NCBI GenBank assembly: GCA_918797485.1
Contig: CAKKNE010000005.1
Coordinates: 5,084,001 to 5,148,000 of the forward strand
Length of the DNA stretch: 64,000 bases
From: Pelagomonas calceolata
Lineage: Eukaryota
Direction: 5' to 3'
A program made the position numbers and the translations under genes. A model generated the notes under the pieces. The model ran no database searches and was not told the origin of the DNA. It saw only the letters and a list, made by a program, of their open reading frames with translations. Positions within the stretch are counted from its first letter, which is position 1. Each line of letters starts with the position of its first letter. Shown in pieces: positions 43,594-54,750 of the stretch.

Positions 43594-44799
43594 TTACAAC
43601 TCCCCCGCCGCCGGCGCATCGTGCCCGCGCCGCATCTTCCCGAAGAGCAGCGTGAGGTTGATCCGTCGGTTCTCGTAGCCCTCCCGGAACCGGAACGAGT
43701 CCGTCTTGTGGTACAGCGCGCTGTCGAAGACGACGATCCGGTTCTGGCGGTAGGGGATCGTGACGTTCTCGTAGTCCGTCGACCGCAGCAGCTCGTCCGC
43801 GAACTCGGCGCCGCGCTGGTTGTACTCCTCGGCCGTCGCGGTCGCGGGCGGCTTCGCCGTGTAGACCACGAGGCCGCCGCTCGCCGGGTCCAGGTTGGCG
43901 TCGTCCGGCGTCAGCCAGATGTTCAGGTTCACGGCGGCCTCGTCGGCGTGCACGCTAATGCCCTCGTACTGCGAATCGTACTTGTAGCACCAGAGGTAGG
44001 CCAGCGGGTGGTCGCCCAGCGTCTCGGGCATGGCCCGTCGCAGCGCGTCGGCGAGCTCCAGCAGCGCGCGCGCGTGCAAGCCGTCCTCGACGATGGCGCC
44101 GACGTACCCGCCGAACACGGCCGGCATCTTGGTTTCGAAGAAGACCGTCGATTCCAACAATAGCGAGCGGATCTGGTCCAGTGCGGCGGGCGTCAACGCA
44201 TCGTCGATTGCGAAGGGGCCCGCCCGGTACCGCGCGTCGGCGTCCGCGAAGGATTTCGCGTTGAGCATGGGGGTCACTGGCTGCGGGTCGGGCACGTGGA
44301 TGGCCCGGTTGTAAAAGTCGCCGATGTCCGCCGTGTCCTCGGGCCGGAACGCCCAGAGACCATTGGTCCTTTGTAGTTGGTCCAAAGGAGGAATGCGGCG
44401 CCGCACGCGCTGGAACCGTTCTATAACGGCATGTTCGTTCAGATAGGCGGCTATTGAGGCGTTGCGCGCTGCGACGTACTGCAGCTGCTCGACGTCGTGC
44501 TGGAGCTTGTAGGCCGACGAGTAGTGCGCCCCGGCGCCCTTGGCGACGAGCGCGTCGCGCAGCGGCAGCTTCCCGTCGAGCGGCCCGGGCTGCCGCGCCG
44601 TCCGCGAGAAGTGGTCGCGCAGCGCGGCGCACAGGCCGTCGAGGTCGTTTCGCGCAAAGTAGCGCGACACGTCCTCGGACGTCACGGGCTGGAGCTGCGG
44701 CCGCGTCGCGTTCCGCTGCTTGCGCTTGTGGGCGCGTCTGACCCAGCCGCTGCCCGTCGCGGACGCGAAGCAGGCCACGAGGAGTGTCTTGCGGATCAT
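43594..44799 (-). CDS. Signal-peptide-bearing 2OG-Fe(II) oxygenase (prolyl-hydroxylase-like fold)
   Basis: WCYKYD..GISVHADEAAVNLNIWLTPDDAN..SGGLVVY...IPYRQNR.VVFDSALYHKTD...RRINLTLLFG (HxD...H...R). Confidence 0.8.
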   Translation of the reverse strand: MIRKTLLVACFASATGSGWVRRAHKRKQRNATRPQLQPVTSEDVSRYFARNDLDGLCAALRDHFSRTARQPGPLDGKLPLRDALVAKGAGAHYSSAYKLQHDVEQLQYVAARNASIAAYLNEHAVIERFQRVRRRIPPLDQLQRTNGLWAFRPEDTADIGDFYNRAIHVPDPQPVTPMLNAKSFADADARYRAGPFAIDDALTPAALDQIRSLLLESTVFFETKMPAVFGGYVGAIVEDGLHARALLELADALRRAMPETLGDHPLAYLWCYKYDSQYEGISVHADEAAVNLNIWLTPDDANLDPASGGLVVYTAKPPATATAEEYNQRGAEFADELLRSTDYENVTIPYRQNRIVVFDSALYHKTDSFRFREGYENRRINLTLLFGKMRRGHDAPAAGEL

Positions 44800-45206
44800 C
44801 GCATTGCTGCTCCTATCAGGCAGCTCTACGCTGTCGTGCGCCCAAATCGCCGGCAAATGCAGGCAGCACCAAGTCTTGGTGCATGAACTATCAGGCAGCT
44901 GCAGCACGCTGTCGTGCGCCCGCAAAAAAATGCCAGCAAATGCAAAAAGCACTTGGTTCGAGACAAATGCAGCGCGAACGGCCAGGAACAGACGCGTGCG
45001 CAAAAGTTGAAGCCGCCTTGCTAGCGGCATGTAAGACACTAGCGCTGCTGCGAGCTTACGTACACGTCGGGAGGTTGACGAGCGTAGCGTCCGCATCCAG
45101 GTGATAAGCTTGGTTTGACGCGTGCTTGGCTGCCTCCACCCGCCCGCGCAGCGAGGCGACAAAAGCAGCCCTTGCTGACACTCGAGCACATTGCTCCAGG
45201 GGCAAG

Positions 45207-46589
45207 ATGCGTCGCCTCGCCGTCGCGCTCGCATTGCAGACCACAACCGCCCTCCAGACACCAACAAAAAAACCACTGCCGCTAAGGATCGACGGCGAAT
45301 GGTACGACGCGCGCCACTACGCCGAGACGACGCACGCCGGCGGCCGGTGGCTCGTCGAGTACGCCCGCGGGCGCGACGTGTCCTTCCTCTTCAAGTCCAT
45401 CCATTCTTTGAACGAGGAGAAGGCGCGGAACGCGCTCCGGAAGCTGCCGAAGATCGACGAGCCCCGCGACGCGGCGCCGTACGGCTTCGCGCTGGGCGAG
45501 GAACCGGACGAGGTCGAGATCGACTCGCCGTTACGGAAGGAGCTCCGCGCGCTCGTCCGACGGAGGTTCGGCACGGACCCCGACGCGGCGAAGGCGACGC
45601 CTGGGCAATGGCTGCGCATCGGCCTCTTCGGCGCGCTGACGGCGTCGGCGTGGCTGCGGTGGCTGCAGGGTTCCGTCCTCGCGACGCTCGTCCTGCCCTT
45701 CGCGGCCTGGCTGCTCGTGGCCCACACCGCGCACGACGCCACCCACGGTAGTCTCTCGAAGCGGCCCTGGGTGAACTACTGGCTCCAGTTCACGGCGCAC
45801 CCGCTCTTCTTCAACGTCTTCGTGTGGATCCCGCAGCACCTGCACAGCCACCACCAGTTCACGAACGAGCACGACTTCGACGTGGACCTGCACCACTTCG
45901 CGCCGGCGGCGCTGTCGCCCGAGACGCCGATTAACGACAAGTTCAACGAGGCCTGGACCTTCTGCTGGAAGGGGTGTTTGACGACGCTCGGCACGTCGCT
46001 GCTCCAGCCGCTGCGGACGCTGCTCGACAAGCCGACGCCGAACTTCGACGTGAACATCACGCCCGTGCCCGACGACGTTTCCAAAAAACAGCTCTGGCTC
46101 TCCGTGGCGCCGACGATCTTTTGCCTCGTGTATCCGCTGCTGGCGTTCGGCGTCGGAAGGGGGAATTGGGGCTTGGCGGTACTCGAGAGCCTGTACCCGT
46201 TCGTGGGGGCGTCGCTGATCTGGACGGCGATGACGCAGACGAGCCACGTCCAGGACGACTGCCACCAGCCCGTCGCCGAGGACGACTGCTGGACCGCGCG
46301 GCAGATCGCGCACTCCTACGACTACTCGGTGCACAATCCAAGAGAGCGGGAGCTCGTTGCCATGCTGACCGCGGGCCTCAACATGCAGTCCCTGCACCAC
46401 GCGATACCGACTGTGGCGCAATCGCGCCTGGCGGGCCTCTACGAGGAGTACGCCGAGATCGCGGCGCGCCACGGCGCGGCGCCGCGGACGTCGCGCAACA
46501 TCCTGACGGCGTCGCGCGAGCTCCTCGAGTACCTCTTCGAGAACAACGCGCCCGTGCGCGCCGCGGAGGCGGTGCCCGTGGCGAGGTAA
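45207..46589 (+). CDS. Cytochrome-b5-fused front-end-type fatty acid desaturase, possibly plastid/ER targeted
   Basis: IDGEWYD...HAGG b5 domain; His boxes HDATH, HLHSHH, QSLHH; N-terminal signal peptide. Confidence 0.88.
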   Translation: MRRLAVALALQTTTALQTPTKKPLPLRIDGEWYDARHYAETTHAGGRWLVEYARGRDVSFLFKSIHSLNEEKARNALRKLPKIDEPRDAAPYGFALGEEPDEVEIDSPLRKELRALVRRRFGTDPDAAKATPGQWLRIGLFGALTASAWLRWLQGSVLATLVLPFAAWLLVAHTAHDATHGSLSKRPWVNYWLQFTAHPLFFNVFVWIPQHLHSHHQFTNEHDFDVDLHHFAPAALSPETPINDKFNEAWTFCWKGCLTTLGTSLLQPLRTLLDKPTPNFDVNITPVPDDVSKKQLWLSVAPTIFCLVYPLLAFGVGRGNWGLAVLESLYPFVGASLIWTAMTQTSHVQDDCHQPVAEDDCWTARQIAHSYDYSVHNPRERELVAMLTAGLNMQSLHHAIPTVAQSRLAGLYEEYAEIAARHGAAPRTSRNILTASRELLEYLFENNAPVRAAEAVPVAR

Positions 46590-46903
46590 TGTTAGTTTAT
46601 TTATCTAGAGGTCGACGCATCAGTGGCCCGGGCACGTCGTGGGCCGGCGGCGGCGCAGGCGGCGCGATTTTTGAGGTTGACGGCTAGCGGCTGTAAGACA
46701 CTAGGAAAATGGGCTGTGGGTCCAATTTGGTGCGCAGCTACGCTTGCGCTGCGCACGCCTGCAAGGGCCGCCGGCTGTGCCTCCTCAGGCTACCGCGGCG
46801 CTCGCATCTCTGCGGCGCGAGCATCGCTGCGGCGCGCGCGCGAGCTTGAATAATAGCGAAGCACCGCCGCCGCCGCCTGCGCGCGCGGGCGCGGCGCAAC
46901 GTC

Positions 46904-48313
46904 ATGGCCCTCGTCCAGCAGCAGGCGCCGACGCTCTTCCTGAGCTTCGAGGCGACCCAGACGTTACGGGACTGCCACCGCGTCGCGCCGAAGGACAACG
47001 GCACGCTGCTGCGCGACGCGGTGGCGGCGGCGCGGTCCTACGCGCTCTGGGACTACGCGGGCCTCGCGACGCGCGACCGGAAGGCCCTCGAGGCGCGGCT
47101 CGAGGAGCTCCAGCGGTGCGACCCGGGCGCGAAGGTCTCCGAGGACGCGTTCGTCGCCGCCGTGATCCACGGCGCGCGGGTCGGCGTGCCGCCGCGGCCG
47201 CGGCCGAAGCGGCTCGTCGACGCCGACGCGTCCTGGGAGGCGTACCGCGCGCGCCTCGAGAAGCTGAGCCTGGGGAGCACGCGCTACGACGTCGCGCCGG
47301 GCACGCCGCGCGCGCCGTCGCCGCCGCCGCCCCTGGACGCGGCCGCGCGCCGGCTGCCGGCGGCCGAGCTCGCCGCCTTCTCGCCGCGGGCCGCGCGGGC
47401 GAAGGAGGAGCGGGGCTGGGAGCGGCGCAAGGCGGCGCGCGAGGCTCACGTCGAGAAGCGGCGCCAGGACCATTTGCAGCGCATCCGCGCCGAGCAGGAG
47501 GCCGAGGAGCGGCGGCGCGCGGCGGCGGCGGGGCCCGCGCGCCTGCTCGCGCTGGCGAACCGGGCCAAGGACCCGATCGGCGACGACGACCGGCGGAAGG
47601 CGCACCGCGCGATCCGCGCGCCGGACCGCCAGCTCGTCGCGGAGATGCTGGGGAAGAACTCGCCGGTCGAGGTCCTGCGCTTCGTCAACGCCGAGGTCTT
47701 CGGCGAGCACACGCAGCGCCTGAGCCCGTCGGGCTGGCTCGTCGACGAGGTCGTCAACTACTACATGTTCCTGCTGCAGGAGCGCGACGCCCTCGTCTGC
47801 GCGTCCGACGGTAGCCGGAAGCCGTGCCACTTCTTCAACAGCTTCTTCTTCACGAAGCTCCTGGAGAACGGCAGCTACAACTACCGCCAGGTCAAGCGCT
47901 GGACGAAGCGCTTCGACCTCTTCTCGCGGTCCAAGGTCTTCGCGCCCGTGAACGTGGGCAACATGCACTGGTGCATGGTCATGGTCGACGTGGCGCGCAA
48001 GGAGGTGCGCTACTTCGACTCCATGGGCGCCGGCGGCGAGCCCTACCTCAAAGCGATGAAGCGCTACCTCGAGGACGAGCACCGCACGAAGAAGGGCTCG
48101 GAGCTCGAGGGCGGCTGGACGCTCACGCGGACGACGCGCGACACGCCGCGGCAGACGAACGGCTACGACTGCGGCGTCTTCGCGTCGTTCTGCGCGCACT
48201 ACATGTCGCTCACGGAGCAGCTCGACTTCTCGCAGGACGACATCCAGCACTTTCGCATCCGCATGATGGTGGACATCCTCAACAAGCGGATCCACACGGG
48301 GGGCGATGTGTAG
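46904..48313 (+). CDS. Ulp1/SENP SUMO protease (peptidase C48)
   Basis: WLVDEVVNYY, FNSFFFTKL, VKRWT, HW, YFDSM, PRQTNGYDCGVF. Confidence 0.95.
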   Translation: MALVQQQAPTLFLSFEATQTLRDCHRVAPKDNGTLLRDAVAAARSYALWDYAGLATRDRKALEARLEELQRCDPGAKVSEDAFVAAVIHGARVGVPPRPRPKRLVDADASWEAYRARLEKLSLGSTRYDVAPGTPRAPSPPPPLDAAARRLPAAELAAFSPRAARAKEERGWERRKAAREAHVEKRRQDHLQRIRAEQEAEERRRAAAAGPARLLALANRAKDPIGDDDRRKAHRAIRAPDRQLVAEMLGKNSPVEVLRFVNAEVFGEHTQRLSPSGWLVDEVVNYYMFLLQERDALVCASDGSRKPCHFFNSFFFTKLLENGSYNYRQVKRWTKRFDLFSRSKVFAPVNVGNMHWCMVMVDVARKEVRYFDSMGAGGEPYLKAMKRYLEDEHRTKKGSELEGGWTLTRTTRDTPRQTNGYDCGVFASFCAHYMSLTEQLDFSQDDIQHFRIRMMVDILNKRIHTGGDV

Positions 48314-48470
48314 TATAAGTTTCTCTTTATCGTAGTCTGCTTTGCTTAGAGCTCGGCCGCCTCCACGACCCGCCGCGGGCGCTGCGTGACCGAACGCCCG
48401 CCCCGCCGCCCCCGCGGGCTCTCGTACGCCGCCCAGTCCCTCGCTTTTTTCGGAAGACACACAACCGTTA

Positions 48471-49640
48471 CTACGAATCTAGAGCCCGCACGCACCATCT
48501 CAGTTTGCAGCACCCGCTCCGCGAGTTTGACCTCCGTTCCTGCGGCGACGGCCGGACGGGCCGCCGCGCAGCGTCCGTGTAGATTCCAGAAGCGATGCCC
48601 TTTTTGAAGGACTTCTTCACGCGTCGGTCCTCGCCTGAATGAAAGGTCAAGAAAACCGCGCGGCCGCCGGGCGCCAGAATGTCTGGCAACGAAGCAAGGA
48701 GTTCCTCAAGCGCAGCGAACTCGCCATTCACTACAATCCGTAGGGCTTGCATCGCTCGCTTCACGGCGTCGTCGCCGGTGCAGTCCTCCTCCTCGAGGCG
48801 GACCGCGCGTACGCGGTCGGCGAGTAGGGTCGTCGTCGCCGGCACCGATTCTTTCAATATTGCGACGGCGATCTCGCGCGCGTCGCGACGGGAGAAGTCC
48901 GCGCCATCCCGCAGTGCCGCTGACAGTTCCTTGATCGACGCGCGGCCCAGCCAGTCCGCCGCGGTGGCCTCGGCCAGGCCCATGCGCATGTCCAATGGAC
49001 CGTCCCTTTTGAAAGTAAACCCCCGCTCCGGGTCGTCGATCTGCATCGACGAGCAGCCCAGGTCCGCCAGGAGGCAGGACGCCCTCACATGGCGTTGCGC
49101 CAGCTCGGCGCCGACGCGCGCGTAGTTCGCGTGGACCGCTTCCAGTTCTACGTTGCCGTCGGAGGCCAGCGGCGCCAGGCGCTTTGATGTCCTCGCGAGC
49201 TCGACGCCGTCGCGGTCGAAGCACAGCAGGCGCGCGTTGGGTGGCAGCGCCGCGATCAGTGCGGAAGAATGGCCGCCATAGCCCAGCGTGCAGTCAACGG
49301 CAACGTCGGCGCCGGTCGCGTTTAGGTGCTCGAGGCACTCGCTTACCATTATTGGGACATGCGTGCCGGCGGGCGTGCCGCCCTTCTCCAGGACCCGCTT
49401 GACGGTCGCCTCGTCGCCCGCTTGTTCCTTATACCGCTCGCTGAAGTTCCGCGGGTACCTTCCAGCGTAGCGCTTGCGACGCGTGTGGGGCGCGGCGGCT
49501 GGCGTCGCAGCTGGCGTCGCAGCGTCAGCAGCGTTGGAAGCACCCGACGCGGCAGCATGCCGCTGCACGGTGCAGCGTTGCCTCGCGTCGAAACGGAAGC
49601 TCTGGACGACTGCAGCGCACCATAATAGAACCCGGAGCAT
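48471..49640 (-). CDS. rsmH: 16S rRNA m4C1402 methyltransferase RsmH/MraW, organelle-targeted
   Basis: HVPIMV.E, VDCTLGYGGHS, LADLGCSSMQID...RGF...GPLDMRM, QALRI.VN.E, LTFHSGEDRRVKK. Confidence 0.93.
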   Translation of the reverse strand: MLRVLLWCAAVVQSFRFDARQRCTVQRHAAASGASNAADAATPAATPAAAPHTRRKRYAGRYPRNFSERYKEQAGDEATVKRVLEKGGTPAGTHVPIMVSECLEHLNATGADVAVDCTLGYGGHSSALIAALPPNARLLCFDRDGVELARTSKRLAPLASDGNVELEAVHANYARVGAELAQRHVRASCLLADLGCSSMQIDDPERGFTFKRDGPLDMRMGLAEATAADWLGRASIKELSAALRDGADFSRRDAREIAVAILKESVPATTTLLADRVRAVRLEEEDCTGDDAVKRAMQALRIVVNGEFAALEELLASLPDILAPGGRAVFLTFHSGEDRRVKKSFKKGIASGIYTDAARRPVRPSPQERRSNSRSGCCKLRWCVRALDS

Positions 49641-49985
49641 CGCTACGACGCTCTGCAGGCACGATCGGTATCAGCTTGTGCACACTGCAGGCTCGGGCAC
49701 CTGCACAGGCACGAATGACAACGACGGTCCCTAAGCGCTTCAGCTGCGCCGTGGACGTTCAGAAAACGCCGCGACGCCCTTCCCAAACTTTCTTGCTCAG
49801 CCCAGAGCCTGCTTATTTCACCGAGGCCTCAGGGCTAGCGGACTGTAAGACACTAGCTTTTTCACCAGGGCTGCCGCGTCGTACAAAACGAGCGATAATC
49901 GCGTACGGGGTGTTGTTAAAGCGCTCGAATCGCTGTCAAACGTCCACGCCTGCCTCCTGCAGCATCACTAAAACGCAGCGAGAAG

Positions 49986-50103
49986 AGCAGCACTGAAAAA
50001 CAGGCGGACGCAGTCGCACAGTCGACGCCAGGCGCAGCGCGAGGAAAGCAGCACTGAAAACAGGCGCAGCAGTCGCACAGTCAACGCGAGGCGCAGCGCG
50101 AAG
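49986..50103. repeat. Imperfect tandem duplication, ~60 bp x2, directly upstream of the helicase ATG
   Basis: agcagcactgaaaa(a)caggcg..gcagtcgcacagtc.acgc.aggcgcagcgcga occurs twice. Confidence 0.85.
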
Positions 50104-50104
50104 A

Positions 50105-53100
50105 ATGGCCTGGCGCGGCCGAGGCCGAAGCTACGGCAAAGGTAAAGGTTATGGACGAGGCGGCAAGGGCAAGGGCCGCGGGCGCGGGAGAGGCCGCGGG
50201 CGCGGCGCCACCAGGACCTGGACGCGCGACAAGACGGCCGCGGACCGGCGCGAGGCCCTGCCGGTGACGCAATTTAAAAAACAGATCGTCGAGCTGGTCG
50301 CGGCGAACCGGGCCGTCGTCATCACGGGCGAGGCCGGCTGCGGCAAGTCGACGCAAGTGCCCCAATATATTATTGATGCGCCGCGGCCGGAAAACGAACG
50401 GGAGCCGCGCGTGCTCGTGACGCAGCCGCGGCGCGTCGCGGCCGTGAGCGTCGCGCGGCGCGTCGCGGCGGAGCGCGGCGAGGCCATCGGCCAGTCCGTG
50501 GGCTACCACGTCGCGGGCGACCGGCGCGGCGCGCCGGCCGCGGGCGAGGTCGACGAGGCCGCTTTGGACGAGGAGCTCGACGCCTACCAGCGCGAAGGGA
50601 AAGATGAGGACGACGACGACGAGGAGCTCCGGGCCGTGCCCGCGGCGCAGGGATCGGTCAACAAACCGGCGAAGTGCGTCTACATGACGACCGGGGTGCT
50701 CTTGCAGTTACTCACCCATCATAGAGACGACACGGCCATGAACTACTCCCACATTTTGATCGACGAGGCGCACGAGCGCGACGTCGACATGGATCTCGTG
50801 CTGGTCACATTAAGGCGGATGGTCATCGACGGGCGCACCTCATCGAAACGCGTCCCGAAGGTCATCATCATGTCGGCGACCGTCGACGCGCAGCGGTTGT
50901 GTGGCTTCTTCGGCGACCGGACGCCGCATTTGCACGTCGGCACGCGGCCCTACCCCGTGCGCGTCCACGACCTCGAGGAGGTCATCCAGAAGTCGCGGTC
51001 GACGGAGTTCCGCATCGAGCCCTGGAGCGAGTACGTGCCCAAGGACACGCAGAACGCGCGGTTCGAGCGCGAGGCGTCGCGGGCCTGCGTCAGCGTGCTC
51101 AAGGCCCTCATGGACGCGGACTTCGAGGCGAGCCTCCTGCCGCCCGACACCGAGTCGAGCACGCGCAAGGACGTCCTCGTCTTCGCCCCGGGCGTCGCGG
51201 AAATCGAGGAGCTCGAGAACTTGTGTCGGAAGGAGGGCGTCCAGCGGCTCTACGACGTGTTGCCTTTACATGGAGCTCTCGACGACGAGCAGCAGCGCCA
51301 CGCGCTCACGACGCCCGAACATTCCGAGAAAAGGCGCTGCGTCATCACGACGAATGTCGCCGAGAGTTCCGTGACGGTGCCCGGCGTGCGCTTCGTGATT
51401 GATTTTGGTCTTGAAAAATTGCCGGTCTATGATCCGCGGACGCGGACGCAAGCTTTGCTGACGAGACACTGCTCCCGGGCGTCGTGCGCGCAACGAGCGG
51501 GCCGCTGCGGCCGCGTCGCGCCGGGCGCCTGCATCCGGCTCTACAGCCAGAAGATCTATGGGTCCATGCCGCCGTACATCCCTCCGGAAATTGTGCGCGC
51601 GCCCCTGCCGACGGTGGCCCTCAAGGCGTTGTTGTTGGATGACCAGCCGGCGCAGCTATTGGCCGAGGCCCTCGACGCGCCGCAGCGGCGCGACGTGTTG
51701 GACGCTCTACAATCGCTCGTGAAGATCGGGGCGATTCGGAGAATTGGAGAGGACTTCGAGGTCGAGCCCCTCGGCGAGTTGGTGGCTCGCTTGGAGGTCG
51801 ACGCGAACATTGGGAGGCTCGTGGCCTTCGGGGCGGCCCTGGGGTGCTTGGACGACATGTGCGTCGTCGCCGCGGCCGTGTCGCTGAGGGACGTCTTCCT
51901 GCAGCCCTTCGAGGCCGGCAAGAAGAAGGCCGAGGAAGCGACGGAGGGCGACCCCTTGGCTCTAACCTTAGACCAGGGCCGGCAGGAGGTGGCCCACTTC
52001 CTCCCTCGGCGACGGATCACGGAACAACAACAATTCTCCGACGCTCTCGCGACAGTCGCTATTTTAAGGGAGTTCAAACGGCGACTAAGGACGCAGTCCC
52101 GAGATGATGCGGCCAGATACGCGCGCCAGAACCACGCCTCGTTTAAACGCCTGGTGGAAGTGGACGCGTTGTCTCGGAGGTTGGGCGACACGTACGATCG
52201 ACTCATCGCAAGACGACAAAAAAGACCGAGAGGCGCCCTGCAACGATTAAGACGCGCGCGGAACGGTCTGCAGCACCTCCTGAAAAAACAACCTGCTTTA
52301 ATTACGACGGCAAAAAAATTCGCCCTCTTATGTTGCTTCGCGCCGTTGGTCGCGGTCTCGGACGGCTGCGAGCAGTCGACGGAGCAGAGGGGTATATTGC
52401 GGTTCCGCGTCGAGCCCGCGCGGCCCCGGGAATCATTCACAGAGGACGCGAAGAAGGCGCGCCAGGCCTTCGACAAGTGCGGCGCGACGGACGCGCGCCT
52501 GTATCGGGAGGGCGAGGAGGACCGGATGGAGGAGGAGGCACCGCCCGCGCCCGCGCCGGCGCCCGCGCCCACCGAAACGACGACCACCCAACCGCTGGAC
52601 ATCGAGGGCCTGAGCGGCAACGAGGACGACGAGGACGCGGAGCAAAAGGCCCGCGACGCGGATTTTGATGCCGTCTACGAGGGCCTGGACACGAAGCCCG
52701 ACGCCATGGAGACGGACGAAACGCCCGTGTATTTAGAGCTGACGACGCGGTCGGCGCAGGACGCGGTCGCGTGCGCGCGCATGGCCGGCGTGCGCGGGTC
52801 GTTAAGGTTGCCTCTAGGTCGGGACGGGTCCTTGCACCTGCGCGACCCGCAGCTCAAGGCGGCGACGCTCCAGTTCCGACGACCGGGCGCGTCGGCGCAC
52901 GTCGAGCCGACGTGGTCGTCGCCGAACGCGCGCTTCTTCGTGGACCCCTACGGGTCTGCGGCCACGCGGCGGCGGTGGCTCGTCGCGCCGTGCTTCTCGT
53001 CGCGCGGCGCGTCGAAGACGCGGCAGCTCGCGCACTCGCCGACGTTGCTCCCGGCGGAGCCGCGCGGCGCGGCGGAGTTATTATTACTGGCCTGCTCGCG

Positions 53101-53542
53101 CGACGTGCGGTGGCTGCTGGATGATGATAGGATCGTGGGCGTCGAGCTGTTCGGGACGCAGGCGCCGGACTCGTTGATTGTGCCGCTCGTGACCAATATT
53201 GACGCGAAGGACGTGCGCCTCCTGAACAAAGTCCGGGAGGCCCTATCCAAAAGTTGCCGGGACCCCGACGGCGCGCCGGGCGCGGCCGTGCAGCCGCTAG
53301 TGGACCTGCTGGACCGTGCGGACCGGGAGCCGTTCGAGGGGCTTGATAGTTTCGCCGAGGCGCAACTGCTGCCGGGCGTCGACGAGGAGGAGGTGTTGCT
53401 GGCGCCGCTGTCGCGCGTGGGTATGGCGGCGCTCGAGGAAATTGAGGACAACGGCAAGCGGGAGCGCGACGACGACGAAGCCGTCGAGGAGGAGGCGGCG
53501 CCGACCCAGGATCTCAAACGTGCTCGGTTGGCGGACTACTGA
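50105..53542 (+). CDS. DEAH/RHA-family RNA helicase with N-terminal RG-rich tail
   Basis: GEAGCGKSTQVPQY, TQPRRVAA, DEAHER, MSAT, TNVAESSVT, QRAGRCGR, HA2 region. Confidence 0.95.
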   Translation: MAWRGRGRSYGKGKGYGRGGKGKGRGRGRGRGRGATRTWTRDKTAADRREALPVTQFKKQIVELVAANRAVVITGEAGCGKSTQVPQYIIDAPRPENEREPRVLVTQPRRVAAVSVARRVAAERGEAIGQSVGYHVAGDRRGAPAAGEVDEAALDEELDAYQREGKDEDDDDEELRAVPAAQGSVNKPAKCVYMTTGVLLQLLTHHRDDTAMNYSHILIDEAHERDVDMDLVLVTLRRMVIDGRTSSKRVPKVIIMSATVDAQRLCGFFGDRTPHLHVGTRPYPVRVHDLEEVIQKSRSTEFRIEPWSEYVPKDTQNARFEREASRACVSVLKALMDADFEASLLPPDTESSTRKDVLVFAPGVAEIEELENLCRKEGVQRLYDVLPLHGALDDEQQRHALTTPEHSEKRRCVITTNVAESSVTVPGVRFVIDFGLEKLPVYDPRTRTQALLTRHCSRASCAQRAGRCGRVAPGACIRLYSQKIYGSMPPYIPPEIVRAPLPTVALKALLLDDQPAQLLAEALDAPQRRDVLDALQSLVKIGAIRRIGEDFEVEPLGELVARLEVDANIGRLVAFGAALGCLDDMCVVAAAVSLRDVFLQPFEAGKKKAEEATEGDPLALTLDQGRQEVAHFLPRRRITEQQQFSDALATVAILREFKRRLRTQSRDDAARYARQNHASFKRLVEVDALSRRLGDTYDRLIARRQKRPRGALQRLRRARNGLQHLLKKQPALITTAKKFALLCCFAPLVAVSDGCEQSTEQRGILRFRVEPARPRESFTEDAKKARQAFDKCGATDARLYREGEEDRMEEEAPPAPAPAPAPTETTTTQPLDIEGLSGNEDDEDAEQKARDADFDAVYEGLDTKPDAMETDETPVYLELTTRSAQDAVACARMAGVRGSLRLPLGRDGSLHLRDPQLKAATLQFRRPGASAHVEPTWSSPNARFFVDPYGSAATRRRWLVAPCFSSRGASKTRQLAHSPTLLPAEPRGAAELLLLACSRDVRWLLDDDRIVGVELFGTQAPDSLIVPLVTNIDAKDVRLLNKVREALSKSCRDPDGAPGAAVQPLVDLLDRADREPFEGLDSFAEAQLLPGVDEEEVLLAPLSRVGMAALEEIEDNGKRERDDDEAVEEEAAPTQDLKRARLADY

Positions 53543-53651
53543 TAATGGCTTGTTTACTAGTTCTCTTCCTAGATATCAGCTTCCCCATTTAAGACTACAT
53601 GATTGATTAGGCCTCGCCTAGCCGTCGCCCGTCGCCGATCCGCGGACGACC

Positions 53652-54464
53652 TCAGATAGTCGTACCCGGGACTTCCGGTACGCTTTCGTCGTCTTGATCC
53701 TCGTCGCTTTCCATGGGCGCGGGTGCGCTCTCCATGGCGGAATCCGAGGCGGTGGCCATCTGGTCCGCGGGCGGCGGCGGAGGAGCCGCGGGTGGCACCT
53801 CCGGAGCGGGCGGCGGCGGAGGACCCGCGGACGCGTCCGCGGCGCGTTCCAGCTCGTTCGGCACGAACTTACGCGGTACTGCGTCGTCCGCCGGGCTGTC
53901 CTGGCCGTCGTCCTCGTCGGGCTCGTCCGGGAAGTTCAGGTGCGAATGCACGAGCTCGGGCATGTACCTCCGGACGAAGGCGTCGACGGCGCGCGCCGCC
54001 TGCTTTTCCTGCGCGCGACGAAACCGTCACGGACTCACGGTAGCCTCTGGCGAGCCTTCGAACGAACGAGCGAGGCTTCGGACGCCGACCCACGCATGAT
54101 CAAACAGGCCGATGTTGTAGACTTGGCCCTCGTAACCTAATCGTTTTGCGAGGCGGACGGCCGCCCGCCAGCGGCCCTTCTTGCGGTCCCAGGTGACGCC
54201 GTAGAAGCTCGATTGAAGCGGGCCGAAGTCGTGCTCGTTGCCGGTGTCGTCGTCGGACTCCGAGTAATCCTCTTCATCGTCGTCCGACGCGGGCGGCGGG
54301 GGTGGCGCGGCCGGCTCGTTCGCGGCGCCGCTCGCGAGCCACAAATCGTAGAGCGCCAGCGTGTCCGGGTGGATCGGTGGCCGCGTGGGGTCCGCCGAGG
54401 CATCGATTGTTGCGAGTAGGTTTTGAGCGAGGGCTCCCGCCGGGATGGAGGCTTTTGCGGTCAT
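53652..54464 (-). CDS. AP2-domain transcription factor (exons 54464-54096, 54008-53652; GC-AG intron; ~241 aa)
   Basis: SSFYGVTWDRKKGRWRA...IGLFDH|EKQAARAVDAF...LNFP completes the AP2 domain across a phase-0 intron. Confidence 0.8.
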
Positions 54465-54750
54465 CGCGCAGTGACCAAGACTTTTGACCTGCCTTCACAA
54501 AATTCGATTCCCGAGCCTCCAGAGATGCTGTCTCCGCGCTTGTGACTGCTCCTCTGTGATTGTGTATTGTCCCTGCGTCTCTCAACTCTCCTTGTCGCTC
54601 GACGAGCTCGCAAAGGCAAAAAAAAATGGCCCTGAAAAACCCGTTTTTTAGGCCGACGCCTGAGCGAGGCTGACCGGCCCACGCCGTCGCCGCGAACCAT
54701 CATCCACGATATAGTATGCACTTAGACGGGGGCCGGGGGAAACGAAATAT

